Assembly: GCA_913059105.1 (NCBI GenBank)
Contig: CAJXRL010000001.1
Coordinates: 1 to 47,525, forward strand
DNA length: 47,525 nt
DNA from: an uncultured Flavobacteriales bacterium
Lineage (GTDB): Bacteria > Bacteroidota > Bacteroidia > Flavobacteriales_E > Vicingaceae
Reading direction: 5' to 3'
In this document: piece by piece, positions 36,078 to 45,955 of the stretch
Numbering within the stretch: position 1 is the stretch's first letter
How the letters are laid out: each line of letters begins with the position of its first letter
The notes under the pieces: generated by a model
The model's input: only the letters and a program-made list of their open reading frames with translations
Database searches by the model: none
Told to the model about the DNA's origin: nothing
Made by a program: the position numbers and the translations under genes

Positions 36078-36550
36078 TGATTGTATTAAAAAGCCAAGTT
36101 AAGCGTAGTAAATTGTTTTCGAAGTACCGTTTATATAAAAATTGCATAAAATTAGGAGTGCTTATAATTAAGGAATCAGGCATTGTTTGGTGAGAGATAA
36201 AAGGAATAAAAAGGAAGGAGAAAAGATTAAAGTTGCATTGAGTTATTAGGTAATTATTCTTTTTTTTTATCAAAATATCAGAATTGTTCTCTCATTTAAG
36301 CTCTCGAATTTTTTACTTTACGTTAATTTTTACGCTTCTCTAATTTTTTAGGCTAGACGAATAACAGTTTTTGACTTATTAAAGCATGTTTTTACAAGAT
36401 TTAGTTGAGACATTTGAGTTGTGATTTTCTGGTAAAAACACCTCGTTGATAACTCTTTAAAATTGTTCATTTCTTCTTTCAAAACGCCGTCTAAATCCTT
36501 TCAAAATTTTGAGATAATTGTTAAACTTGTTAGGATAAGCAAACCCTTTC

Positions 36551-38083
36551 ATGTCAGACAAAAAAACAGTAAAAAACGCTTTAATATCAGTGTTTTACAA
36601 AGATGGATTAGATGCCGTCGCATTGCAATTGCAAAAGCTAGGGGTAAACATTTACTCAACAGGAGGAACTCAAAAACACCTTGAAAATTTAGGTATTAAC
36701 ATTCACCGTGTAGAAGACCTTACTTCTTACCCTTCAATTCTTGGGGGGAGAGTGAAGACTTTGCATCCAAAAGTGTTTGGGGGGATTCTGAGTAGAAGAG
36801 GTTTGGAAGAGGATGAAAATCACTTAGCTGAATATGAAATTCCTGAGTTTGATTTGGTAATTGTTGATTTATATCCATTTGAAGAGACCTTGGCAAATGG
36901 CGGCACAGAAACTGAAATTATTGAGAAGATTGATATTGGAGGAATTTCATTAATTCGAGCGGCTGCCAAGAACTTTAATGATGTTTTAACCGTGTCTTCT
37001 AGAGAGCAGTATTCAGAGGTGCTGAATTTGTTAGAGGAGAAAGGCGGCGAAACAAATAAAGCTGATCGGAAAACATTGGCGAGGAAAGCCTTTGATATTT
37101 CATCACATTACGATTCAAAAATATTCGATTATTTCAATGCTGAAAGTGAAACGGAATCGTTGAAACTGAGTGAGCGAGAATCGTCGAGTTTACGGTACGG
37201 AGAAAATCCACATCAAAAGGGTACGTTTTATGGTGACTTAAATGCCATGTTTGATAAATTACATGGTAAAGCATTATCATATAATAATTTATTAGACGTT
37301 GATGCGGCTGTTAATTTGATGGCTGAGTTTAAAAACGAAGATCCAACGTTTGCCATTCTAAAGCATAATAACGCTTGTGGAATAGCAACAAGGAAAAGTT
37401 TATCTAGCGCTTATGCAGCGGCTTTAGCAGGAGATCCTGTTTCAGCTTTTGGAGGGGTTTTAATTTCTAATGAAACAATTGATGTTGCAACAGCTGAGTT
37501 AATTCACACTTTATTTTGTGAAGTGGTAATAGCACCCTCGTATGAAGCAGAAGCGTTGGAAATATTGAAAGGAAAAAAGAATAGAATTATTCTTAGACAG
37601 AATGAAGTAGCAATTGCTTCAAAAACGATTAGAACGGCATTGAATGGTTATTTGGTGCAAGACAAAGATTTGAAAACTGAAACAAAAGCTGATTTTAAAA
37701 CAGCAACAAAATTGGAACCAACTGAAGAAGAGAAAGACGATTTGGTCTTTGCTGCTAAGTTGGTAAAAAACACAAAGTCAAATGCCATTATTTTTGTAAA
37801 GCATGGCCAATTGTTAGCAAGCGGAACTGGGCAAACGTCGAGAGTAGATGCGTTGCAACAAGCCGTGGTGAAAGCAAAACACTTTGGATTTGATTTAAAT
37901 GGAGCTGTTATGGCATCCGATGCATTTTTTCCTTTCCCGGATTGTGTGGAATTGGCAAAAAACGTAGGAATTACTGCAGTAGTTCAACCTGGCGGATCTA
38001 TTAAAGATCAATTGTCAATTGACTATTGCAACAACAACGATTTGAAAATGGTGTTCACCGGTATTCGCCACTTTAAACATTAA
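36551..38083 (+). CDS. purH: Bifunctional AICAR formyltransferase / IMP cyclohydrolase
   Basis: MGS-like N-terminal domain (ALISVFYKDGL, STGGT, GGRVKTLHP), then LRYGENPHQ, ILKHNNACG and the C-terminal FTGIRHFKH. Confidence 0.95.
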   Translation: MSDKKTVKNALISVFYKDGLDAVALQLQKLGVNIYSTGGTQKHLENLGINIHRVEDLTSYPSILGGRVKTLHPKVFGGILSRRGLEEDENHLAEYEIPEFDLVIVDLYPFEETLANGGTETEIIEKIDIGGISLIRAAAKNFNDVLTVSSREQYSEVLNLLEEKGGETNKADRKTLARKAFDISSHYDSKIFDYFNAESETESLKLSERESSSLRYGENPHQKGTFYGDLNAMFDKLHGKALSYNNLLDVDAAVNLMAEFKNEDPTFAILKHNNACGIATRKSLSSAYAAALAGDPVSAFGGVLISNETIDVATAELIHTLFCEVVIAPSYEAEALEILKGKKNRIILRQNEVAIASKTIRTALNGYLVQDKDLKTETKADFKTATKLEPTEEEKDDLVFAAKLVKNTKSNAIIFVKHGQLLASGTGQTSRVDALQQAVVKAKHFGFDLNGAVMASDAFFPFPDCVELAKNVGITAVVQPGGSIKDQLSIDYCNNNDLKMVFTGIRHFKH

Positions 38084-38088
38084 TAAGC

Positions 38089-39114
38089 ATGGGATTATTT
38101 GATTTTTTTACGCAAGAAATTGCAATTGACCTTGGTACAGCAAATACCTTAATCATTCACAATGATAAAGTGGTTGTTGATGAACCTTCAATTGTCGCAA
38201 TTGAAAGAAGCTCCGGGAAAGTAATAGCTGTTGGGAAAAAAGCCATGCAAATGCATGGTAAAACTCACGAAGATATCAAGACGATTAGACCGCTGAAAGA
38301 TGGAGTAATTGCCGATTTTCAAGCTGCAGAATACATGATTCGTGGCATGATTAAGATGATTAATCAAAAGAAGCGATTATTCAACCCCTCGTTGAAGATG
38401 GTGATTTGTATTCCTTCTGGAATTACGGAAGTTGAAAAAAGAGCAGTGAAGGATTCTGCAGAGCATGCCGGAGGTAAAGAAGTTTATTTGATTCACGAAC
38501 CAATGGCCGCAGCCATCGGGATTGGAATTGATGTGTTGGAACCTATGGGTAACATGATTATTGATATTGGGGGCGGAACTTCAGAAATTGCGGTAATTGC
38601 ATTAGGAGGAATTGTTTGTGACAAGTCAATTAGGGTTGCAGGAGATGATTTTACCAATGACATTGTGGATTACATGCGTCGCCAGCATAATTTATTAATT
38701 GGAGAACGATCTGCAGAGAGAATCAAAATTGAAGTTGGCTCTGCTTTGCCTGAGTTAGACAATCCACCAGATGATTATCCAATTCAAGGTCGTGATTTAA
38801 TGACCGGAACACCAAAAGAGATTAAGGTCTCTTACGAAGAAATTGCACATTCACTAGACAAGTCAATTACAAAAATTGAGGCTGCAATATTAAATGCATT
38901 GGAAATGACTCCTCCAGAGCTTTCCGCGGATATTTATAGAACTGGCTTGTATTTAGCTGGTGGTGGATCACTACTAAGAGGTTTAGATAAACGGATTTCA
39001 TTAAAAACGAAATTGCCAGTTCACGTGGCAGAAGATCCATTAAGAGCAGTTGCAAGAGGAACCGGAATTGCATTGAAAAATTCAGCTAAATTGCCGTTTT
39101 TGATTAGAAACTAA
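38089..39114 (+). CDS. mreB: Rod shape-determining protein MreB
   Basis: Actin-fold motifs IAIDLGTANT, DIGGGTSEIAV and LAGGGSLLRGLD. Length is 341 aa. Confidence 0.95.
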   Translation: MGLFDFFTQEIAIDLGTANTLIIHNDKVVVDEPSIVAIERSSGKVIAVGKKAMQMHGKTHEDIKTIRPLKDGVIADFQAAEYMIRGMIKMINQKKRLFNPSLKMVICIPSGITEVEKRAVKDSAEHAGGKEVYLIHEPMAAAIGIGIDVLEPMGNMIIDIGGGTSEIAVIALGGIVCDKSIRVAGDDFTNDIVDYMRRQHNLLIGERSAERIKIEVGSALPELDNPPDDYPIQGRDLMTGTPKEIKVSYEEIAHSLDKSITKIEAAILNALEMTPPELSADIYRTGLYLAGGGSLLRGLDKRISLKTKLPVHVAEDPLRAVARGTGIALKNSAKLPFLIRN

Positions 39115-39129
39115 AAGCAAAAACAGGAC

Positions 39130-39966
39130 ATGCGAAACTTAATCGCCTTCATACGGAAGTATTCATTTTTCTTCCTCTTTTTAGGTGTTGAGGCTTTAGC
39201 TTTCTATCTTATTTTTAGAAACAACCATTTTCAAAGTGCCTCTTTTCTTAACTCAACAAATGAAGTTACCGGAGGCGTTTATACAAAATATGCCAACCTA
39301 AGCGACTATTTGCACTTAAAAGAAGTGAACGACGTTTTGAGTGATGAGAATAGGCGACTAAGAGATAGTCAATTGCAGAGCTTTGAGCGCTTATTTGGCG
39401 AAAATATAATTGTGAAGGACACCGTTTTCAAACGAAAGTATTTGTATACAAAAGCAAAGGTGATTAAAAATTCTACAGACAGGCAAAACAACTACCTAAC
39501 ACTAAGTATCGGGTCCAAAAATGGAATTGAGAATGGTATGGGAGTAATTGGACCAAATGGAGTAGTTGGAGTGGTTAAAAATGTATCAGACCATTATACT
39601 TCGGTCGTTTCTGTTTTGCACCGGGAAGCAAAAATTAGTGTAAAGCTTAAAAAGTCGCAATACTTCGGTTCCATGCAATGGAATGGAGAAGATTATAAAA
39701 TGATAGGATTAAAAGACATACCCAATCATGTTCAACTGAATGAGGGAGACACGGTTGTTACAAGCGGATTTTCAAGCATTTTCCCAGAAGGGTTAAATAC
39801 TGCTGTTATAAGAACATTTGAAGTTCCTGAGGGAGAGAATTTCTACGAAATTGAAATGCAGTTGCTTAACGATTTTAAACAACTGTCTTATGTTTATGTG
39901 GTGAAGAATAACGCTTTATTTGAAGTTAAAGCATTAGAATCAGGAAGGGAGGAGATCGATGATTAA
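39130..39966 (+). CDS. mreC: Rod shape-determining protein MreC
   Basis: N-terminal TM, coiled coil (LSDENRRLRD) and C-terminal beta-domains (GMGVIGPNGVVGVV, GDTVVTSGFSSIFPEG). Positioned between mreB and mreD. Confidence 0.85.
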   Translation: MRNLIAFIRKYSFFFLFLGVEALAFYLIFRNNHFQSASFLNSTNEVTGGVYTKYANLSDYLHLKEVNDVLSDENRRLRDSQLQSFERLFGENIIVKDTVFKRKYLYTKAKVIKNSTDRQNNYLTLSIGSKNGIENGMGVIGPNGVVGVVKNVSDHYTSVVSVLHREAKISVKLKKSQYFGSMQWNGEDYKMIGLKDIPNHVQLNEGDTVVTSGFSSIFPEGLNTAVIRTFEVPEGENFYEIEMQLLNDFKQLSYVYVVKNNALFEVKALESGREEIDD

Positions 39967-40477
39967 GAAAGTTATTTCCTATCCGCTTCAGTTTATTCTA
40001 TTTGTATTGCTGCAAGTACTTATTTTGAATAATGTTCAATTGGGCGGAACAGTTAATCCATTTTTATACATTTTGTTCATCTTATGGTTGCCCATTGAAA
40101 CCAACAAAGCCTTGGTTATGGGAGTGGCTTTCCTGCTGGGTTTAAGTATCGATGTATTTAATGACACCATGGGAATGCATGCATCGGCTTGCGTTTTTCT
40201 GGCATTTGTTAGGCCTTCTATCTTGAACATACTTGCTCCAAGAGATGGCTACGAATTAAATATTCCTCCTACAGCAGGGGGTTTAGGCTGGTTCTGGTTT
40301 TTGCGTTACGCAGCCATAGGGATTCTTATACATCACTTTTTTCTCTTTTTTGTTGAGGTTTTCCGATTCACAGACTTCGTAGATACACTCGGGAGAGTTT
40401 TTGCAAGTTCAATTTTTAGTCTCGTGTTAATTGCTTTGGCTCAAGTTTTTAGTTCAAATGTTGAGGACAAAAGATGA
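39959..40477 (+). CDS. mreD: Rod shape-determining protein MreD
   Basis: 172-aa polytopic membrane protein overlapping both mreC and mrdA, which is the conserved operon position. Confidence 0.75.
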   Translation: MIKKVISYPLQFILFVLLQVLILNNVQLGGTVNPFLYILFILWLPIETNKALVMGVAFLLGLSIDVFNDTMGMHASACVFLAFVRPSILNILAPRDGYELNIPPTAGGLGWFWFLRYAAIGILIHHFFLFFVEVFRFTDFVDTLGRVFASSIFSLVLIALAQVFSSNVEDKR

Positions 40478-42315
40478 AGCAATACGAATCTAGACAGTTT
40501 ACAATAGGGGCAATTTTTTTGGTGGTTGGATTAATTTTTTTAATTCGCCTTTTTTACGTTCAAGTAATTGACAGTCATTACAAGTTAGATGCTACTAATA
40601 ATGTACTGCGCACAGTAGTTAAATATCCGGCACGTGGGTTAATTTATGATCGACATGGAGAATTGCTGGTTTACAATGAAGCTGCTTATGATTTAATGGT
40701 CGTGCCAAAAGCTATTAAAGAAGACTTTGATACTACGGAATTCTGCTCTTTATTGGGTATGTCTCGAAAAGAATTCGATCAACGGTTTAACAAGGCGAAG
40801 AATTATTCTCAATACAAAGCTTCGATTTTTGAGAAGGAAATTTCAGCTAAATCTTATGCAATAATCCAAGAGCAATTGTTTAATTATCCTGGATTTTTTG
40901 TACAAACCAGAACCCTGAGATCATACCCCAAAAAAACCGCAGCTCACATGGTTGGTTACGTAGGAGAAGCAAGCCCTAAAGTCATCAAAAAAGACAACTA
41001 TTATAAGTCTGGAGACCACATTGGAATCAGTGGAATTGAAAAACACTATGAAAAAGTGCTTCGTGGTAAGCGCGGGCAAGAAGTTCAAATGGTAGATGTT
41101 TTTAATCGTCCAAAAGGGAAATTCCAAGATGGAGCATTTGATACTACAGCAGTTTCTGGAAGTAATTTAAAACTTACCATTGATGCGGACCTGCAAGCAT
41201 ACGGCGAAAAGCTAATGCAAAATAAGAAAGGTAGTATTGTGGCCATTGACCCATCAACCGGTGAAATACTGGCATTGATAAGCATGCCAACCTATGATCC
41301 TAATTTATTGGTTGGCCGTCAACGTTCCAAAAATTACGGTAAATTAAGTCAAGATACATTAAAACCTCTGTTTAATAGAGCTTTAATGGCTAAGTATCCT
41401 CCGGGTTCAACTTTTAAAAGTATCAATGCTTTAATCGGATTGCAAGAAGGGGTACTTACTCCAAATACAAGGTATTCTTGCAACAGAGGGTACCGATTTG
41501 GCGGGAGAAAAATGGGCTGTCATCCTCACCCTTCTCCAGTGAATTTAGAGTACTCCATTCAAACTTCCTGCAATGCCTATTACTGTAATGTGTTCAGAAG
41601 TGTTATAGACCATTATCCAACAGCTGAGGAAGGGTATAATGTTTGGCGGACCTATGTAACCAATTTTGGCTTAGGTAAAAAAACAGGAATAGATTTGCCG
41701 AATGAATTGAGTGGTTTTGTACCTGAACCGGCATATTACGACCGGTATTACTTAAAAGGCAAGTGGCATTCAACCACGATACTCTCATTGGCAATTGGAC
41801 AAGGAGAATTAGGTTTTACCCCCATGCAAATGGCAAACATGGTTGCGGCAATTGCAAATAGAGGATACTACATTACTCCGCACATTGCAAAAGAGATAAA
41901 TGGTCAGTTAATTACTGATTTTGATTCTACCATTGTAAGAAACAAAACAGGAGTAGAGGCAAAGTACTTTAATGAAGTTGTAGAGGCAATGTATAAAGTT
42001 GTGGAGCAAGGGACAGGAACTTCAGCGAAAATTGACTCTTTACAAGTTTGCGGAAAAACAGGTACCGTTGAAAATCCTCATGGTGATGACCATTCAACTT
42101 TTATAGCCTTTGCTCCCAAGGATAATCCAAAAATTGCGATCTCAGTATATGTTGAAAATGGTTATTGGGGGTCACGATGGGCGGCACCAATTGCTGGTTT
42201 GTTAATTGAAGAATATTTGAGAGATACTATTACTCGACCGCTCATAGAACAGAGAATGTTGGAGGGGAATTTAATCGGCACACCACCTAAAGTTGTGATA
42301 GATGAGGGGGAGTAA
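40474..42315 (+). CDS. mrdA: Penicillin-binding protein 2 (elongasome transpeptidase)
   Basis: N-terminal TM, then transpeptidase motifs SxxK (GSTFKS), SxN (TSCN) and KTG (CGKTGT). Length is 613 aa. Confidence 0.9.
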   Translation: MKQYESRQFTIGAIFLVVGLIFLIRLFYVQVIDSHYKLDATNNVLRTVVKYPARGLIYDRHGELLVYNEAAYDLMVVPKAIKEDFDTTEFCSLLGMSRKEFDQRFNKAKNYSQYKASIFEKEISAKSYAIIQEQLFNYPGFFVQTRTLRSYPKKTAAHMVGYVGEASPKVIKKDNYYKSGDHIGISGIEKHYEKVLRGKRGQEVQMVDVFNRPKGKFQDGAFDTTAVSGSNLKLTIDADLQAYGEKLMQNKKGSIVAIDPSTGEILALISMPTYDPNLLVGRQRSKNYGKLSQDTLKPLFNRALMAKYPPGSTFKSINALIGLQEGVLTPNTRYSCNRGYRFGGRKMGCHPHPSPVNLEYSIQTSCNAYYCNVFRSVIDHYPTAEEGYNVWRTYVTNFGLGKKTGIDLPNELSGFVPEPAYYDRYYLKGKWHSTTILSLAIGQGELGFTPMQMANMVAAIANRGYYITPHIAKEINGQLITDFDSTIVRNKTGVEAKYFNEVVEAMYKVVEQGTGTSAKIDSLQVCGKTGTVENPHGDDHSTFIAFAPKDNPKIAISVYVENGYWGSRWAAPIAGLLIEEYLRDTITRPLIEQRMLEGNLIGTPPKVVIDEGE

Positions 42316-43603
42316 AAGTCTTATTGATAATATAGATTGGTTCACGGTAAGCATTTACTTTGTTTTAATTTTGGCAGGGTGGTTAAATATTTATGCAGCA
42401 GTATACAACGAAGAATTTGAAAGTATTTTTGATACAACTCAGCGGTATGGTAAACAGTTGCTTTGGATAGGAACTGCCGGAATAATAGCAATTATTATTC
42501 TGCTGATCGACGAGCGATTCTTTTCCACTTTTGGATATCTGATATATGGTTTTGTTATCGCGCTTTTAATTGCTGTGCTTTTAGTTGGAGCAGCCACAAA
42601 AGGAGCAACTTCTTGGTTTGCTATTGGGGGTTTTAAAATTCAGCCATCAGAATTTTCAAAATTTGCCACCTGCTTGGCTTTAGCGAAATATCTGAGTACC
42701 CTTAATATTCGAATGACCGACTTAAAAACAAAGCTCAACGCAGCAGCTATCATTGGAATTCCTGCAGTGCTCATTTTAATGCAAAATGATACAGGTTCTG
42801 CATTGGTGTACGGAGCATTTGTTTTGGTGCTTTTTAGAGAAGGCTTATCAGGGAACTTTTTACTAATTGGTTTGGTAACAGCTTTCCTTTTTGTAATAAC
42901 GCTAGTCTTTCAAAATGACGTATATCAAATGCCTTTTGAAATTGAGTTGACTGGCGGTTGGATGCTAATTATAATACTCTTTATCATTATGGGATTGGTG
43001 TATTATTTCAATCGGAAAAGGAAACAAATACTGCTCTTTTCAACCATTGTTTTTGTTGCCTGTTCAGGGTTGGTGAAAAGTGTAGATTATGTATTCAACA
43101 ATATATTAGAGCCTCATCAATCAAAACGAATCAATGTGATGTTGGGAATTGAGTCGGATCCGTACGGTGCCGGGTACAATGTTAACCAATCCTTAATTGC
43201 CATTGGTTCAGGGGGCTTTACTGGAAAAGGTTATTTAAAGGGTACTCAAACGAAATATGATTTTGTACCGGAACAAAGCACCGATTTTATTTTTTGTACC
43301 ATAGGCGAAGAATGGGGCTTTATTGGGAGTTTTGCTGTGGTTGCATTATTTATGACCCTTCTGTTGCGTATATTATTCATGTGCTCTAGGCAGCGATCTG
43401 CTTTTGCAAGGATATATGGGTATGGTGTTGCAACGATCTTCTTTTTCCATTTTTTGATTAACATCGGAATGACCATTGGCTTGGCACCAGTTATTGGAAT
43501 TCCACTGCCATTTTTTAGCTATGGAGGTTCGTCTTTATGGGGTTTTACCATTTTGCTTTTTGTCTTCATTAAAATGGATGCCGATAGATTAGAGGTGTTA
43601 TAG
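42302..43603 (+). CDS. rodA: Rod shape-determining protein RodA (SEDS family glycosyltransferase)
   Basis: FtsW/RodA/SpoVE motifs QPSEFSKFA, EQSTDFIF and GLAPVIGIPLPFFSYGGSS. Length is 433 aa. Confidence 0.9.
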   Translation: MRGSKSLIDNIDWFTVSIYFVLILAGWLNIYAAVYNEEFESIFDTTQRYGKQLLWIGTAGIIAIIILLIDERFFSTFGYLIYGFVIALLIAVLLVGAATKGATSWFAIGGFKIQPSEFSKFATCLALAKYLSTLNIRMTDLKTKLNAAAIIGIPAVLILMQNDTGSALVYGAFVLVLFREGLSGNFLLIGLVTAFLFVITLVFQNDVYQMPFEIELTGGWMLIIILFIIMGLVYYFNRKRKQILLFSTIVFVACSGLVKSVDYVFNNILEPHQSKRINVMLGIESDPYGAGYNVNQSLIAIGSGGFTGKGYLKGTQTKYDFVPEQSTDFIFCTIGEEWGFIGSFAVVALFMTLLLRILFMCSRQRSAFARIYGYGVATIFFFHFLINIGMTIGLAPVIGIPLPFFSYGGSSLWGFTILLFVFIKMDADRLEVL

Positions 43604-43790
43604 CGGATTAATAATATTTTTCTTATTAACTGATTTGGAATTGCGAAAAATTTATTTTTTTGATAGTTGTTGTCTTTTAAGTTATTGTGCTAGTCATATC
43701 ATGACTATGAGTGGAAATCGAAGTTTGGAAAGAATAATTTTTAGGTAATTGACTACATGAAGTTAAGTGCTTCTTTCAAGCTTTGAAAGC

Positions 43791-43826
43791 AGGCAATTTG
43801 AGATTTAAAGTAAACTGCCTTTTTAA
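43791..43826 (+). terminator. Candidate rho-independent terminator ~190 nt downstream of rodA
   Basis: AGGCAATTT (43791-43799) pairs with AAACTGCCT (43812-43820) with one mismatch, followed by a T5 run. Confidence 0.4.
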
Positions 43827-44166
43827 TTCCAATAAAATATTTTGAGCCCGTAGGGTCAATAGACCTTTAGCAGGACCTGACATTAATCGCAGCTGGTCGA
43901 TTGCTATGATAGAAACTTTGAGATGAATAATAATTATAGGTACTCTCTTCTTGTTAATGGATGCCCTGCTAAAACTTACGCCATAGAATGGATGAACCTT
44001 TGAGTTATCAATCGACAGTAGCCATGAGATAACTCAAATTGGGAAATATTATAATTGTAAGAATTTAATCTTGAGCAATTACCATTAAAATAGAAACCAA
44101 GGGTTTGAATTTTGTGCGCACTAAATAGTATTCTAAATCCAAAAGAGATGTTTCGACTCGTATTTT

Positions 44167-44415
44167 TTACTCCTCCACCGCTTCAACCCTGATAATTTCT
44201 GGAGCAACTTTTTTTATAGCTTCTTCAATACCGGCTTTTAAAGTCATAGCTGACATGTTACAACTATGGCAAGCACCTAGGAGTTTAACTTTAGCAATAT
44301 TATCTTCTACTCTTAATAATCGTATGTCACCTCCATCTGCTTCTAAAAAGGGGCGAAGTTGAGTGATAGCATCTTCAATTTTCTGGAATACACTAATTTC
44401 TTGAGTTGTTGTCAT
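44167..44415 (-). CDS. NifU/Nfu-type Fe-S cluster carrier domain protein
   Basis: 82 aa, with RPFLEADGGDIRLL and the cluster-binding CxxC (GACHSCNMS) typical of the Nfu C-terminal domain. Confidence 0.85.
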   Translation of the reverse strand: MTTTQEISVFQKIEDAITQLRPFLEADGGDIRLLRVEDNIAKVKLLGACHSCNMSAMTLKAGIEEAIKKVAPEIIRVEAVEE

Positions 44416-44447
44416 AATTCGATAACAATGATAGTCAATTATTGGGT

Positions 44448-45527
44448 TTAAACTGCTTTTGGTGCTGATAAACCTACTTTGTGGGCAACTTTTGTTGCTA
44501 AGTTTTTAAATGCAATGGCTTGCGGAGTGGTTTCTTGCAACACTGCAGGTCGTCCTGCATCACCTGCTTCTCGGATACTTTGAATAATAGGAATTTCAGC
44601 TAAATAAGCTATATTCATTTTTTCAGCTAATTCTTTTGCACCGGCTTTTCCAAAAATGTAATATTTGTTGTTTGGCAATTCGGGTGGAGTAAAATACGCC
44701 ATATTCTCAACTAAGCCAATTACGGGTACGTTGATTTCCGGCATACTGAACATTCCTAATGCTTTTCTAACATCTACCAAGGCAATCTCTTGCGGTGTGC
44801 TCACCACAACGGCACCTGTTAATGGAACTTGTTGCACCATCGTTAAGTGAACATCGCCTGTTCCAGGAGGTAAGTCAATAATCATAAAGTCTAACTCTCC
44901 CCAATAGGCATCTTTGAAAAGTTGCGTTAACGCTTTGGTTGCCATTGGTCCTCTCCAAACAACCGCTTGGTCAGGCGTTGAGAAAAAGCCAATGGATAAC
45001 ATTTTTACACCATAACTTTCTATTGGCTTAATGTATTCCTTGCCATCCACCTCTATGGTCGTAGGTTTTTCCATAGCAACATCAAACATGACAGGAACAG
45101 AAGGACCGTAAATGTCTGCATCTACCATACCTACTTTATAGCCTTGCATGGCTAAGCCAGCTGCTAAATTAGATGCTACAGTAGATTTACCAACTCCACC
45201 TTTACCTGAAGCTACCGCAATGATGTGCTTTACATTGGGTAAAATACTTCTGTGTTCAGGAGCTCTTTCATGGGCTTTTCCCATGGCTGAAATGGTAGCC
45301 TCCACTTTTACATCGGGACCTAAAAAGCGCTTTAATTGATGTTCACACGCTTCTTCCATGCGCTTGCGATTGTGCATAGCAGGGTTCGAGATTTTTAGAT
45401 CAAACGAAATAACTCCATTTTTAACTTCAATTTTTGAAACTAAATTCAACGCAACAATGTCCTTCTTTAAGTCCGGTTCTATGACAAAAGAGAGCGCTTC
45501 TATAATTTTTTCTAAAGTTATTTGCAT
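44448..45527 (-). CDS. Mrp/NBP35 (ApbC) family Fe-S cluster carrier ATPase
   Basis: N-terminal DUF59/MIP18-like domain, deviant Walker A VASGKGGVGKST, and DLPPGTGD. Length is 359 aa. Confidence 0.9.
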   Translation of the reverse strand: MQITLEKIIEALSFVIEPDLKKDIVALNLVSKIEVKNGVISFDLKISNPAMHNRKRMEEACEHQLKRFLGPDVKVEATISAMGKAHERAPEHRSILPNVKHIIAVASGKGGVGKSTVASNLAAGLAMQGYKVGMVDADIYGPSVPVMFDVAMEKPTTIEVDGKEYIKPIESYGVKMLSIGFFSTPDQAVVWRGPMATKALTQLFKDAYWGELDFMIIDLPPGTGDVHLTMVQQVPLTGAVVVSTPQEIALVDVRKALGMFSMPEINVPVIGLVENMAYFTPPELPNNKYYIFGKAGAKELAEKMNIAYLAEIPIIQSIREAGDAGRPAVLQETTPQAIAFKNLATKVAHKVGLSAPKAV

Positions 45528-45589
45528 GAGGTAAAGTTAGGTCTACTCGTGTTATATTCATCACTAAAACAAGAACAGTTTATGATAGT

Positions 45590-45955
45590 TTAGTCAAACT
45601 TCAATTCTTCTGAAGGATCCCAGTAAACGAGCTTGAAATCCTGTATTTTGTCGTCTTTTACTTTAATGCCTTCTGCTTCTAAAGCCTCTTGCATGGCAGT
45701 TGGCGAAGGGAAATGATATTTCCCTGTTAACATTCCATTTCTATTCACTACTCGATGAGCGGGAACATATTCTTTTTGAGTGTGCGACGCATTCATAGCC
45801 CAACCCACCATTCTGGCACCACTTTTTGCGCCTAGATAATTTGAAATTGCGCCGTACGAAGTGGCCTTGCCCTTCGGTATTAAACGGACTACTTGAAAAA
45901 CAGAATCGAAGTAATCTTTATTTTTTTCACTGACTTTAATCGAATTATCCGCCAT
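45590..45955 (-). CDS. Alkyltransferase-like (ATL) protein: MGMT DNA-binding domain with the active-site Cys replaced by Ala
   Basis: 121 aa. Helix-turn-helix block GKATSYGAISNYLG..GARMVGWAM, and VPAHRVVN where O6-alkylguanine transferases have PCHRV. Confidence 0.75.
   Translation of the reverse strand: MADNSIKVSEKNKDYFDSVFQVVRLIPKGKATSYGAISNYLGAKSGARMVGWAMNASHTQKEYVPAHRVVNRNGMLTGKYHFPSPTAMQEALEAEGIKVKDDKIQDFKLVYWDPSEELKFD

Noticed and set aside
36078-36550. A possible ZTP (pfl) or purine riboswitch in the 473-bp leader upstream of purH.
   Set aside because: I looked for the conserved ZTP elements (GACTGGCG-like and CCGCCTGGGC-like) and for the purine aptamer core, and found neither. The region is simply AT-rich with short T-tract repeats.
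36031-36684. ORFs 36031-36273 (-) and 36463-36684 (+) in or around the permease/purH divergent region.
   Set aside because: The first overlaps the 5' end of the permease in another frame. The second overlaps the purH start out of frame. Both have Lys/Arg/Phe-rich low-complexity sequence.
43869-43881. AGCAGGACCTGAC, whose reverse complement GTCAGGTCCTGCT resembles the conserved SRP (4.5S) RNA domain IV sequence GGTCAGGTCCGGAAGGAAGCAGC.
   Set aside because: The GGAA tetraloop and the symmetric-loop residues are absent, and the flanks do not form the long SRP hairpin. The similarity is limited to about 9 nt.
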